Part shown: positions 20,001 to 29,749 of the stretch, piece by piece
Layout of the letters: each line of letters begins with the position of its first letter
Position numbering within the stretch: the first letter of the stretch is position 1
Assembly (NCBI GenBank): GCA_034439575.1
Contig: JAWXAQ010000036.1
Coordinates: 32,001-96,000 of the forward strand
Direction: 5' to 3'
DNA from: Leptospira sp.
Lineage (GTDB): Bacteria > Spirochaetota > Leptospiria > Leptospirales > Leptospiraceae
Length of the DNA stretch: 64,000 nt
Program-made: the position numbers and the translations under genes
Notes under the pieces: generated by a model
What the model was told of the DNA's origin: nothing
The model's database searches: none
Seen by the model: the letters and a program-made list of their open reading frames with translations, nothing else

Positions 20001-20107
20001 ATTTTTGTCGCACTATTTATCCCAAATAGTACCAATAAAAAAGTGAGAAAAAGTATGATTGGTCTATTGTTTAAGGACCATCTAACAAGATAAGTTAAGA
20101 TTTCCAT
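16997..20107 (-). CDS. czcA: Heavy-metal RND efflux permease (CzcA/CusA family, CzcA-type TM4)
   Basis: IDAVPDITN.QVQI, GAIDFGLIVDGAVILIEN, RLRPVLTTAL, GAEVQRPLATVVIGG. Confidence 0.93.
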   Translation of the reverse strand: MEILTYLVRWSLNNRPIILFLTFLLVLFGINSATKIKIDAVPDITNIQVQIITTSPSLSALEIEQYITYPVERAISGTPKLIEVRSVSRYGFSLITAVFEDGSDLLNCRQLISEKLQEVSSLIPKNFGTPQIAPITTGLGEIFQFTLEGDEFDHIQKTTYLNWLINPMLKTVPGIVEVNTFGGKTKEFQILANHQAMSSLGVSFLDIAEAIVKNNSSTGSGYLEKNKEQLIISSDGLIKNIEDIQKIQISQTKDGFPIQIKSVARIEEGFKLRKGAATANGKGEVVGAVTLMLIGQNSLEVTGAVKEKILSIQKTLPIGLKIVPYYDRTIMVSNSIQTVIWNLSEGAILVIIILFVMIGDIRSGLVIASIIPLAMLFALGMMHLRDLPANLMSMGAIDFGLIVDGAVILIENSHRRLLEKGKEFGRQLTQSEKQETILNATIEVRKATIFGEIIIGIVYIPIFVLGGTEGKMFIPMATTVLFALLGAFFLTLTIIPVLASYLLKSDANSHNETLFFHKILTWYSPKLNYMISNSKVAMVTTVLIFVSSIVMFIFMGGEFLPKLDEGNLLIEITRLPSSSLQNSIDTSLKIEKLLLNQISEITGITSRTGSPELAVEPMGIDKTDVYLELKPRKEWSQSKEELETKISNILSEQVPEVSFGISQPIEMRNNEIMAGIRADVGIKIYGDDLQKLKEIGESISENIRNEKGVTDLRIEQLSGLEYLRITPNRNKLARYGQSVKVVNDAVETISSGHMLGVVYEGMRRFDIVLKSDLNGIIENIKYLPINLSNGQNVPLSELSDIRIEDGPVQINHQDQNRIALVQFNIRGNDMLSTVKNVKKAIDKKVIFPPGYRYELGGEFQKFQSAVNTLIFVVPVTLMIILFILYLAFQSWKPSLIIFLNVPLAVTGGIFALSLRQMPFSISAGIGFIALFGIAVLNGLVLVTFVRQLEVSGKNTFDAVLEASNLRLRPVLTTALLASIGFIPMAISTSPGAEVQRPLATVVIGGLVTSSFLTLFILPIVYLKFSAKNDFILSKDA

Positions 20108-21255
20108 TATTCTTCACCAAACGTAGATTTGAATAAGATTGATTTTAATTCAAAACCACCAGAAATTACCAATTCATCATTTGCGTTAAGTCCAGAAGAT
20201 ATTTCTGTTTCGTCATCGATCACATTACCGATTTGCACTTGTGTCCATTTAAAAGTTTGTGAACCAACTTTGATAAAAACATAATTTTGATTTTTGAGTG
20301 TAAACAGAGAAGTAGTTGGAATTTTGATTCCTTGTTTTCCTGATTTTTCTATAAATGCCTTTCCGAAGAGGCCTATTTTTCCTTTGTTATTTTGATTTTT
20401 AAAAACGATTCTTGCATGAATCGTCCTCGAAATCGGATCAACTTTTTCTCCGATATGTTCTAAGGTTCCTGAAAATTCATCATCAGGATAAGCATTCAAT
20501 ATAACTTTTGCTATATCTCCTTCCGAAAGGAACTTTAAATCTCCTTCGAAAATTTTGCCTTGAAACCATAAATGACTTAGATCAGCTATAGTTGTTAAAG
20601 TCTGGTTGCCCAAAACTTGTGAACCCAAAACAGCATTTCTAAATATAGCCTTTCCTGACCGTGGTGCTATTACTTGGTAAGTTCCGGACATGGAATCTGA
20701 CAGGCCTAGTCCGTTGACTCGTAAATTTTCTTCTGAAGCATTTTTTTCTGATATTAAAACTTTCAAGTTCGATTCGGAATCGATAAGCTCTTGTTTTGCG
20801 GCCAGATTCATTTGGACTAAGGATCGTATTCTCTCTACATTTTGTTGTGCAGCAAAAAGTTTTGATTTGGCCGTTATATAATTGGAACGAAGTTTTGCCA
20901 ATTCGGGTGAGTCGATAACCACAAGGACCTTTCCTTTTTTTATGAAGTCACCTTCCACAAAATTGACTTGAGTGATACGACCAGATAATCTTGCTGGAAC
21001 GTCTAAGATTGAATCAGGAACTGCTTCCGTTTCACCTAATAACTGTATTTTTCTACCGAAGTTTGTCAGTTCGATTGGTTTGGTTTTTATTAATAAATTT
21101 TTTGTAGTATTTTCAGAGAGTTCAAGAATATTTTGATTTTGAATTTCTGCTTTGTCTAAATTTATATTATCTGTTTTTGATTTAGAATTTAAATAAAAAT
21201 ATGCAGTTAGAGATAAAAGCAGGATAACGATTGTTATAACTATTTTGTTTTTCAT
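20107..21255 (-). CDS. czcB: RND periplasmic adaptor (CzcB-like)
   Basis: Lipoyl half-motifs (GRITQV..VEGD.IKKG, IAPRSG) and helical hairpin; sits between the OMF and RND genes. Confidence 0.9.
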   Translation of the reverse strand: MKNKIVITIVILLLSLTAYFYLNSKSKTDNINLDKAEIQNQNILELSENTTKNLLIKTKPIELTNFGRKIQLLGETEAVPDSILDVPARLSGRITQVNFVEGDFIKKGKVLVVIDSPELAKLRSNYITAKSKLFAAQQNVERIRSLVQMNLAAKQELIDSESNLKVLISEKNASEENLRVNGLGLSDSMSGTYQVIAPRSGKAIFRNAVLGSQVLGNQTLTTIADLSHLWFQGKIFEGDLKFLSEGDIAKVILNAYPDDEFSGTLEHIGEKVDPISRTIHARIVFKNQNNKGKIGLFGKAFIEKSGKQGIKIPTTSLFTLKNQNYVFIKVGSQTFKWTQVQIGNVIDDETEISSGLNANDELVISGGFELKSILFKSTFGEE

Positions 21256-22589
21256 GGTAACTCTGTTATGATGATTTTTTCATTCGGAAGTCCGAGAGCA
21301 CGAATGAGTTCAATTTGTGCTAATTCGTATTCCGTTTTTGTTTGTAGATAATTGATCCGCGTTTGAACGAGAATTCTTTGGTTATTGATGGCATCTAAAA
21401 CTTTTATTTTCCCACTTTGTAAGGCTTCTGTTATATGATTCAAATCAGATAAACTTCGATTCAGCATAACTTCATCATACATCTCAAATTCTTCTTTAGA
21501 ATTTAGGTAATTCGAAATTGCATTGATAACATCTTGTTTGACAGATCTTTCTGTAAGCGCTCTAAATTCTATTGATTGATCTTCTTTGGCTTTAGAAATC
21601 ATAGTCTCTCCTTCATAATTGCGCCATAAAGTTAAAGGAAAACTAATTTGGCCCCCGATCACTCGTTCATTAAATCCATCGTTTTGTACAAAGGCACCCA
21701 AACTTGGATTAGGTATTTTTTGTAATCTTACTTCTTGTGATCGTAATACAGCTATTTTAATTTCTTTTTCCACAACTTTAAGCTCTGGTCGATTTTGAAT
21801 GGCGATAGAAATTAAATTTTCTTTATCTTGCGGTACGGATATAACTAGCTGAAATTTTGGTTTCCATTTCCATTCTTCATCGGTTGATACATTTAGAAGT
21901 AATTGCAATTCACCTTTCGCTTGTTCCATTCTTCTTACTGACTGCTTCCAAATTTTTGCCATTCTAAGTTCTTCCGATTCAGAAAGGCTTTCATCTATTC
22001 CGGGTGTTATACCTTCACGAACGCGAGCCTTTGAAAGTTTTGTTAAATTCTTAGACAAATTGTATAAGTCAGAAGTTACATAGACTTCATTCTGTAGATT
22101 TAGGTATCGGAAAAGCGATGCCATCGATAAAAAATAAATATTTCGACTAATCGTATTTAAACGCAATACCTGAGTTTGAAATTCTTCATCAGCAATTTGA
22201 ATTGATTTTTCGCGTTTTCCTGCGACAAAAATTTCTTGCGAAACCATTATTTGGAAATTGGTTGCATGATTTGTTTCAGGAAAAAATCCTAATTGGCTCC
22301 CTTGCTGATTTCTATTTGAAAGATAAGTCGAAATATTGGGATTGTTTGGAAAATAATACTCTGCTATTTTTTTCCGACCGAGCATTTCGTTTAATCGAAG
22401 TAATTCGATTTGGTAACTAGGATGCTGATTTATGGCACACGAAGATACTCTTTCTAAATTCCATGGAGGTTTACAGTTAACCCTCTCTTCAGAAATAAGT
22501 ATGCTAGGAAAAGATAATAAAAGACAAAATATAAAAGTATATATAGCGCGCATAATGCGATGCGCAAAATACCTTTGGGTAAAATACAT
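21252..22589 (-). CDS. czcC: TolC-family outer-membrane efflux protein (CzcC-like)
   Basis: AIQNRPEL, QKIPN.SLG, SFPLTLWRN; GGAGG RBS at 22594-22598. Confidence 0.85.
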   Translation of the reverse strand: MYFTQRYFAHRIMRAIYTFIFCLLLSFPSILISEERVNCKPPWNLERVSSCAINQHPSYQIELLRLNEMLGRKKIAEYYFPNNPNISTYLSNRNQQGSQLGFFPETNHATNFQIMVSQEIFVAGKREKSIQIADEEFQTQVLRLNTISRNIYFLSMASLFRYLNLQNEVYVTSDLYNLSKNLTKLSKARVREGITPGIDESLSESEELRMAKIWKQSVRRMEQAKGELQLLLNVSTDEEWKWKPKFQLVISVPQDKENLISIAIQNRPELKVVEKEIKIAVLRSQEVRLQKIPNPSLGAFVQNDGFNERVIGGQISFPLTLWRNYEGETMISKAKEDQSIEFRALTERSVKQDVINAISNYLNSKEEFEMYDEVMLNRSLSDLNHITEALQSGKIKVLDAINNQRILVQTRINYLQTKTEYELAQIELIRALGLPNEKIIITELP

Positions 22590-22591
22590 AA

Positions 22592-22649
22592 GACCTCCAT
22601 GAAAATAAATTACTAAATTTTCTTTAAGTAATGTTTTCGCGTGGAGGTC
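22592..22649 (-). promoter_or_regulatory. mRNA hairpin sequestering the czcC Shine-Dalgarno
   Basis: In the mRNA, GACCUCCA (RPP codons) pairs with UGGAGGUC (SD), GAAAA with UUUUC, and AUUACU with AGUAAU. Confidence 0.7.
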
Positions 22650-23004
22650 GGAAGTATCCTTCAGTTGTAGAATATTCCAAAAATACGAGTGTCGGGAAGG
22701 AAAGGTATATTTTGTTTAAACTAATCAATACAGGATATAAATTTAAATCCCAAGAAACGACTAGTTGCAAATTGCAAGGGCAAGAAAGACAAACATGATC
22801 TTTATGATCACCTTCTTCTTCTATGTCATGACTTGTTTCTATTCCCAAAGAATGATCTAAAAATGAATATTGGCAGGTGCTTTCAACAGAACCTAACACC
22901 CCACAAATAGCTTCATTATCGACAATTTTTTGTGCGGTGAAATTAAGGCAAAAAATGATTACAAAAACAATTTTAAATAGTCTGTATAGTGTAATCTTTC
23001 CCAT
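22624..23004 (-). CDS. Small His/Cys-rich leader protein (CzcI/DUF2946-like) with C-terminal RPP
   Basis: Hydrophobic N-terminus, SHDIEEEGDHKDHVCLSCPC, ends GYFRPPRENIT; 34 nt upstream of czcC. Confidence 0.75.
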   Translation of the reverse strand: MGKITLYRLFKIVFVIIFCLNFTAQKIVDNEAICGVLGSVESTCQYSFLDHSLGIETSHDIEEEGDHKDHVCLSCPCNLQLVVSWDLNLYPVLISLNKIYLSFPTLVFLEYSTTEGYFRPPRENIT

Positions 23005-23185
23005 CTTTGATTTTAGAATCTCTTACTTTAATATGACGTAAATTTCTAATCTAATACAATAGCTATAGAATCATTTGGTTAAAAATTTGTCTGTTTAAAA
23101 ATATATAGGGATGATTCCTTAAAATGCGATTCATTTAATAACAAACCTTCTTGCCTAAGAATTAGTTTTTAAAGAATTTGTTACT

Positions 23186-25138
23186 ATGCCGCAAACATTT
23201 CCTATTTGGAAACCTACCTCAAAATCACAAAATATAACTGAATTTCAAAATCATTTAGCGCAAATATACGGTTTAACGTTCAATTCGTATTCAGAATTTC
23301 ATAAATGGTCTGTTTCTCATTTGGAAAAATTTTGGTCTGCTTGGGCAAAAAGTTCAAAATTTATTTTTCGAAGAGAAGGGACAGAAACTGTTAGGTTTGG
23401 AAAAAATTTTTGGGAAACAGAATGGTTTCCTGGTTCGGAAATTAATTTTGCAGAAAATTTATTGGAAAAAGGTGAACCGAATCATATCGCCTTACATTTC
23501 TTACGTGAAGATGGTCAAAAGATTGAATTAACATATAGAGACTTAAAAACTAAAGTTACAAACCTAGCAAATTATTTTGTTTCTATTGGAATCAATAAGG
23601 GTGATAGAATTTGTGGATTAGTCCCAAATTCTCCGATTTCCACAATAGGCATGTTAGCCGCTACTTCACTTGGAGCTATATGGTCGAGTGCTTCTCCTGA
23701 TTTTGGAGTGAAAGGTGTTCTTGATCGTTTTGAACAAATTTCCCCTAAGGTTTTATTGACAGTTGATTCCTATTTATTTAAAGGTAAAAAGATTTCAATC
23801 CTAGAGAAAGTGATTGAAGTATCAAATCGGTTAGGTGACTCGAATCCAGAATATAAAGCAACACTTATCAGCTCTTTTTTAGGAGACTCGTTTTCTTTAG
23901 ATTCGATACGATATCCGATACGTTATGAGGAAATACTCGAATCAAAGAGTCCTCTGATTTACACTCCAATTACATTCCAAGATCCAGTGTACATAATGTT
24001 TTCATCGGGGACGACTGGACTTCCGAAATGTATCGTCCAAGGAGCTGGCGTTTTATTAAACCAAACGAAAGAATTGGCATTGCATTGTAATTTAACAAAG
24101 AATGATAAATTGTTTTATTACACTACTTGCGGATGGATGATGTGGAATTGGTCACAGGCTACCTTAGCTCTCGGTGCTACACTGTATCAATTTGATGGCA
24201 ATCCATTTTATCCCAACTGGCAGACGTTATGGGACTGGTCAAATAAAGAAAATATTAATATTTTTGGAACAAGTGCCAAATACTTATCAGTTTTGGAATC
24301 CGAAAAAGCAGAGCCTATCAACCATTTTAATTTGGAGTCTCTAAAAATCATTCTATCAACGGGTAGTCCTTTGTTTCCTTCTGGATTTCGTTATGTATAC
24401 TCAAATATAAAAAAAGATGTCCAATTATCATCTATTTCCGGGGGAACCGACTTGAATGGTTGTTTTGCGCTCGGATATCCCGAATTGCCTGTGTTCGAAG
24501 GTGAATTGCAATGCATTGGTCTCGGGATGGACGTGAAAGTATTTAGTGAAGATGGATTGGCCATAGAACAAGAAAAAGGTGAACTAGTTTGTTTGAAACC
24601 TTTCCCGAGTATGCCACTATATTTTTGGAATGATCCAGATAGGAAAAAATATAAATCGGCATACTTTGACCGATTTGAAAATATCTGGTGTCATGGAGAC
24701 TTTGCTGAAATCACAACTAATGGCGGTATGGTGATTCATGGCCGATCAGATGCCACTTTAAATCCTGGTGGAGTAAGAATTGGCACTGCAGATATTTATT
24801 CTGTAGTTGAGACTTTTGCAGAAATAGCGGATTCAGTCATTATTGGTCAAGAATGGAAAGATGATGTGAGGGTGATTTTGTTTTTAAAAATGGCTCCAAA
24901 TCATATGTTAGATGATGAATTGAAAAGTAAAGTTAAGGATAAAATCAAAAATCAAACTTCCCCTAGACATGTTCCTAGTTTGGTTTTGGAAGTGAAAGAC
25001 ATTCCATACACAGTGAATGGCAAAAAAGTAGAAATAGCAGTCAAACAAACTGTGCTCGGTCAAGTCGTCAAAAATCAAAATGCTTTAGCAAATCCGGAAG
25101 CATTGGTATACTTTGCAAATAGAAAAGAATTACTATGA
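23186..25138 (+). CDS. Acetoacetate-CoA ligase
   Basis: YIMFSSGTTGLPKCIV, YYTTCGWMMWNW, SISGGTD, GRSDATLNPGGVRIGTA, GKKVEIAVK. Confidence 0.93.
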   Translation: MPQTFPIWKPTSKSQNITEFQNHLAQIYGLTFNSYSEFHKWSVSHLEKFWSAWAKSSKFIFRREGTETVRFGKNFWETEWFPGSEINFAENLLEKGEPNHIALHFLREDGQKIELTYRDLKTKVTNLANYFVSIGINKGDRICGLVPNSPISTIGMLAATSLGAIWSSASPDFGVKGVLDRFEQISPKVLLTVDSYLFKGKKISILEKVIEVSNRLGDSNPEYKATLISSFLGDSFSLDSIRYPIRYEEILESKSPLIYTPITFQDPVYIMFSSGTTGLPKCIVQGAGVLLNQTKELALHCNLTKNDKLFYYTTCGWMMWNWSQATLALGATLYQFDGNPFYPNWQTLWDWSNKENINIFGTSAKYLSVLESEKAEPINHFNLESLKIILSTGSPLFPSGFRYVYSNIKKDVQLSSISGGTDLNGCFALGYPELPVFEGELQCIGLGMDVKVFSEDGLAIEQEKGELVCLKPFPSMPLYFWNDPDRKKYKSAYFDRFENIWCHGDFAEITTNGGMVIHGRSDATLNPGGVRIGTADIYSVVETFAEIADSVIIGQEWKDDVRVILFLKMAPNHMLDDELKSKVKDKIKNQTSPRHVPSLVLEVKDIPYTVNGKKVEIAVKQTVLGQVVKNQNALANPEALVYFANRKELL

Positions 25139-25198
25139 AATAAGCAAATTATCAATAACGTATTGCAAAGAAAAAGAGAATATAAGAATATAATGAAA

Positions 25199-26743
25199 TT
25201 ACTTGATTTTCGAAAATTCAAAAATAGTAAGTTTCTTTCCCTCAATGGTCTTTTCTAGTTTATTATATTTATTTAAAACTTTCAATATGGAATTATAATG
25301 TTCTTCTGGCGGGAAGAGCCCAATTTTTATCGCCTGTTCCACCATAGGTGTCATTTTAATTTTACTAAAAATCAAATTTTTAGGAATCAATATTTTTGAA
25401 TGATTTTTTGCCAAAAATGAATCTAGCTGTTCTGCATTTCTAGGTAACATTGAGGGCACAGACAAATAATATCCCCCAGAATATAGAACGATAGATTCAC
25501 ATCCCGCCATATGCAAACTAACATCCATTTGATTTAAATCATCTTGGAATTGGCGAATGTCTTTTGTCGCAAGACTTTGTGCCTTAAAACCTATCACTAA
25601 AATTAATATGGAAAAAAATAAACCAAAATAAGTGAAGCGCATTGGCCATTTATTTTTTGCCTGCAAAATATGGATTATATAAGTATCAAATAAAAAGAGA
25701 CAAGGCAAAATACCCAAATTCAAATAACGAGCACCCCAATTCGTGACACCATCGTTAGGTGCAATTATTGCAATGAAAGGTAAAAAGAATAGCAATGTAT
25801 AGGCGAGGATTCTATATTTATTTTCAGACTTAAGATTTTTTCTAAATAAATTCCAGACGAGTGCTACGAGAAAGATCGGTGTAAAACCGAAAAATCCAAT
25901 TTTCCAATTTGCTAAAAAGAGAAGGTGGATCACTTGATCCAATCTTTCTGCAAATACAAAATTGTTTAAACTACCTTGGTTGATCACAAAGCGAGCCCCG
26001 AGAGGGTGATGGTATAATAAATAATTTTCAGAAAAGAAACAAATTAAAGGAAGTAAGACGCCGAGAAGTGAATAGAAATACTCCTTCAAAAATTTTATGA
26101 GATTCATTTTGTATTCTAGTATTAGGATGATAAAATAAAAACCTCCAACAAAAACTAATGTTTCCAACCGAAGGAATATCCCAATGGTTAGAAAAAAAGC
26201 GGAGAAAAATAAATTAATTTTATTTTTTTCTTTGAAGAAAAAAAACAATCCCAATGCCTGAAACAATAGTAACATTGAATTTTCAGAATATTCTAAACCT
26301 TGAAATAAGAGAGGAGTTCCAAGGCTCGCGAGTATTAGAGTTAAAAAATGAAGTTGTTTCGTTATATAAAATATGAAATAAGAAACAAAAGCAAAAATCA
26401 GACAAATGTATGGTAAAAATTTCCAAGAAATAAATTTTAATAATACCGCGTTAAAATAAGCGAAGTTAAAGGGAAAGGGAGATATGATTTTGTTTTCCAC
26501 TTTCAGAACATATAAAGGAATCGGATACATTTCCATTGAAGTATCTATCTCTTTTGAGCTATAAAATAATTCCTCAGACATGTATGAGTTTTTTTGAATG
26601 GAAACGGTTTGGACTAATTTGACAAAACTATCTAGAGCATAAGTGGATTCGGGTTTAAGTTTATAAAGGTGAATGAAAAAGATTGCGACTAATATAACGC
26701 TAAGGGAAAAAATTCGAACTTTAGGATTTGAAAAATAATTCAT
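25199..26743 (-). CDS. Polytopic membrane protein, putative GT-C glycosyltransferase (LA_3751/LA_3752-like)
   Basis: Many TM helices, D..VK..Q, LRLET, HPLG.R, PNDG..WG.RY motifs; very AT-rich. Confidence 0.65.
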   Translation of the reverse strand: MNYFSNPKVRIFSLSVILVAIFFIHLYKLKPESTYALDSFVKLVQTVSIQKNSYMSEELFYSSKEIDTSMEMYPIPLYVLKVENKIISPFPFNFAYFNAVLLKFISWKFLPYICLIFAFVSYFIFYITKQLHFLTLILASLGTPLLFQGLEYSENSMLLLFQALGLFFFFKEKNKINLFFSAFFLTIGIFLRLETLVFVGGFYFIILILEYKMNLIKFLKEYFYSLLGVLLPLICFFSENYLLYHHPLGARFVINQGSLNNFVFAERLDQVIHLLFLANWKIGFFGFTPIFLVALVWNLFRKNLKSENKYRILAYTLLFFLPFIAIIAPNDGVTNWGARYLNLGILPCLFLFDTYIIHILQAKNKWPMRFTYFGLFFSILILVIGFKAQSLATKDIRQFQDDLNQMDVSLHMAGCESIVLYSGGYYLSVPSMLPRNAEQLDSFLAKNHSKILIPKNLIFSKIKMTPMVEQAIKIGLFPPEEHYNSILKVLNKYNKLEKTIEGKKLTIFEFSKIK

Positions 26744-26866
26744 ATATTTGGTTTTAAATCTAATTCTACTTAAGCAAACTAATTCAAACTGAATTCAATA
26801 GCAAGTAAAAGAGAAAAAATATATTTCTCTTCCTATTCAAATTTCTTCTAAATATGGACCTGAAAG

Positions 26867-27217
26867 TTATAGAAGTTTTATGCCCCATTTGGCTAAAACA
26901 AAATTCCACACTATAAAAATAGAAATTGAGATTATTATACTCAAACTAATCGCAATCCAAAATCCATATAAACTTATAAATTTAGGAAATAGTAAAAACA
27001 TTGGAAGCGTTGGAATTACATACCAAAAAGTATAATAAGCATGATTCGCTATTTTTTGGTTATCCGTATTTTCAATTTTTAACCATATCATAGTGAGTAA
27101 GGTGACTATGGGCAAAGCAGCAATCAATCCGCCCAAGCGATCATTTCGTTTTGCAATTTCAGAAATTACTATAACCAAAAATGCAGTTGCGAAATATTTG
27201 AAAAGTAAATATAACAT
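26867..27217 (-). CDS. DUF3147-family small membrane protein
   Basis: ISEIAKR.D.LGGLIAALP, TFWYVIPTLPMFLLFP. Confidence 0.8.
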   Translation of the reverse strand: MLYLLFKYFATAFLVIVISEIAKRNDRLGGLIAALPIVTLLTMIWLKIENTDNQKIANHAYYTFWYVIPTLPMFLLFPKFISLYGFWIAISLSIIISISIFIVWNFVLAKWGIKLL

Positions 27218-27241
27218 GTGTTAAAATTATAATTTAGCGAA

Positions 27242-28024
27242 TTATTTAAACAAGGGTTTTTCGGTGATCAAATCATACTGTATTTGGTAATCTTTATGAT
27301 TTGTCTTAAACAATTTATCCCACCAATTGAAATACAAACCATAATTGCAATTAAACCATTTATGATGCATATTGTGATGGGTAGTTGTGTTGTGCCAGTT
27401 TGTTAGACGGCTTCCTACAAAACCTTTGGGAAACATTTCAAAAGCTAAGTGTCCAAGTACATTTAAAAAAGTCATATATATCAAAAAACTAAAAATGGCA
27501 AGACCATGTACAGGCATAAAGGAAACAATCAATGGAACGATTCCAGCTTCCACAACAGCTTCGTAAGGATGAAAGGAAAATGCTGCCCAAGGCGAAGGGT
27601 TTGTGGATTTATGATGAACTAGATGAAAATGTTTGAACAATAGTTTATGATGCATTAGTCGGTGAGTAAAATAAAAATATGCATCGTGTATAACAATCAT
27701 AGCGATCACACTAAATATAAAATACCCCCAACCGTGCTCATTGATATTTGAATAGATATGAGTGTATCCAGCTTTTTTAGCCGCAAAGATTCCCACGCCC
27801 ACAAGTCCAAAGATAAGCATGGTAGTTAACGAATAAAATATTTCGTGTTTGATTTTATCAAATTCGGGAAGTTTGCCTTGAATGATTCTATGGGCGAATT
27901 TTGATTTCCATTTTTTCCAAATGGCAAAGTATGCAATGCCAGCAAATAGCACATAACGTAAAGTGACGAGCGTAGTTCCTATTAAAAATACAATGATGTA
28001 TGGAGTTAAAATTTCAAGGTTCAT
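27242..28024 (-). CDS. Sterol desaturase / fatty-acid hydroxylase family protein
   Basis: His boxes HRLMH, HLVHH, HHNMHH; NYGLYF.WWDKLF.T. Confidence 0.9.
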   Translation of the reverse strand: MNLEILTPYIIVFLIGTTLVTLRYVLFAGIAYFAIWKKWKSKFAHRIIQGKLPEFDKIKHEIFYSLTTMLIFGLVGVGIFAAKKAGYTHIYSNINEHGWGYFIFSVIAMIVIHDAYFYFTHRLMHHKLLFKHFHLVHHKSTNPSPWAAFSFHPYEAVVEAGIVPLIVSFMPVHGLAIFSFLIYMTFLNVLGHLAFEMFPKGFVGSRLTNWHNTTTHHNMHHKWFNCNYGLYFNWWDKLFKTNHKDYQIQYDLITEKPLFK

Positions 28025-28119
28025 TCCTGACCACCTTCAGACATATTCTCCTTTTTGAAAAGAGATTCAACCTATTTTGGGGTTGACTCAAGCTTTTATT
28101 CTCTTAGGCTTCCCTGACA

Positions 28120-29451
28120 ATGTTGCAATCCTTTATCAATTGGTTCCAGCCAGCTAAAGCCATTCCTAGAAAGTCTGATGATCTCATCCAGTCAGAATAC
28201 CCAAAGTTTCGCTTTCGAATTCTAGAATCCACCTTTCTTGGTTATACTACCTTTTATCTTGTAAGAAATAATTTTTCCCCAGTTTCAAAAGAAATTGGCG
28301 AGGCTCTGCAATACACCAGACAAGACTTAGGTGATATGCTCGCAGTAACTGCGATTACCTATGGGATTGGAAAATTCATTATGGGCGCACTTTCTGATAA
28401 ATCAGATCCGCGCAAATTTATGGCCGTTGGCCTTTTTCTCACCGCTATTTTAAATTTTGCTTTTGGATTTGCCAATACGTATTGGGTGCACATTATCCTA
28501 TGGGGATTGAATGGTCTGGTGCAAGGTATGGGTTGGCCACCTTGCGGACGTTCGCTTGGACATTGGTATTCAGTAAGTGAAAGAGGGAAAACTTTTGCTT
28601 TTTGGAATATCGCTCACAATGTTGGCGGAGGCCTTGTTGGTGTCATTGCTTCACAATCTGCTGCTCATTTAGGTTGGGAATATGCTTTTTTTGTTCCAGG
28701 TGCCATTGCTCTTGTTGGTTCAGTATACCTTTATTTAAGATTGGCAGATACACCACAATCTGTCGGATTACCTCCCATCGAAGAGTATAACAATGATTAT
28801 CCAAAAGATGAAGCTTCGCATCATGAAAGAAAACACGAACATGAATTAAGTATGCGCCAACTCATAGTGGCAAATGTTTTATTGAACAAATACATTTGGC
28901 TCTTTGCGATCATTAATTTTTTTGTATATATTATCCGATACAGTCTTATCGACTGGGGCCCTTCTTATTTAAAAGAAGTGAAGGGTGCTAACTTAACAAG
29001 CGGAGGTTTTTCCACATTAGTTTTGGAATTTGGTGGAATTGGTTCGACTCTACTGATGGGTTGGATCTCCGATAAATCGGGAGGTCGTAGAGGTATGGTT
29101 AGTTTATTATGTATCATACCTATATTTTTTGCCTTTCTTGGTATTATTTACAATCCTCCTGGAAATATTTGGATCGACTTTGTTTTGTTTGGTGCGATCG
29201 GTCTGTTCATATATCCGCCTGTTATGTTACTCGGTGTCGCAGGTCTAGATTTTACCTCAAAAAAAGCAGTCGGCACGGCGGCAGGTTTTATAGGATTATT
29301 TGGTTCCCTGGGTCGAACAGCACAAGGAAAGGGTATCGGATATTTAGTCGATCATTATTCATGGGATGTAGCACTGCTTGCCATCGTAGCATCTACGTTA
29401 TGTGCTATTTTTCTTTTGGCTTTTACATGGAACCTGCGGCCTCGAGGTTAA
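28120..29451 (+). CDS. glpT: Organophosphate:phosphate antiporter (GlpT/OPA family MFS)
   Basis: [25 protein letters not shown]...[34 protein letters not shown]. Confidence 0.85.
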   Translation: MLQSFINWFQPAKAIPRKSDDLIQSEYPKFRFRILESTFLGYTTFYLVRNNFSPVSKEIGEALQYTRQDLGDMLAVTAITYGIGKFIMGALSDKSDPRKFMAVGLFLTAILNFAFGFANTYWVHIILWGLNGLVQGMGWPPCGRSLGHWYSVSERGKTFAFWNIAHNVGGGLVGVIASQSAAHLGWEYAFFVPGAIALVGSVYLYLRLADTPQSVGLPPIEEYNNDYPKDEASHHERKHEHELSMRQLIVANVLLNKYIWLFAIINFFVYIIRYSLIDWGPSYLKEVKGANLTSGGFSTLVLEFGGIGSTLLMGWISDKSGGRRGMVSLLCIIPIFFAFLGIIYNPPGNIWIDFVLFGAIGLFIYPPVMLLGVAGLDFTSKKAVGTAAGFIGLFGSLGRTAQGKGIGYLVDHYSWDVALLAIVASTLCAIFLLAFTWNLRPRG

Positions 29452-29749
29452 AGTATTTTAGTACAACTGCTCATCTAGAGCGGTTGTGCTCTAGGCTCCA
29501 AATTTTATTTTTATCCCCACATCATTTGATTATTAACCGAAGTAATTAAAAAATACAAAAAAATTCTTTTCATACTGACTTCACTTATTATAGAAATATG
29601 TATAAAAAATTGATTAAAAATATTTCTACTTATAGAAAGAATTGTTCAAATTCAGGTATCTATTCTCGTCAGATGAAATATGTTTTTTTCGCTACTTAAC
29701 GAACACAAAAAATCTAATAGGCCTGCGAAAGAAAGAGGTATACTGCATT

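Noticed and set aside
29109-29549. 146-aa alternative-frame ORF within glpT
   Set aside because: No recognisable motifs, Cys/Arg/Ser-rich off-frame composition, and mostly nested in a well-supported gene.
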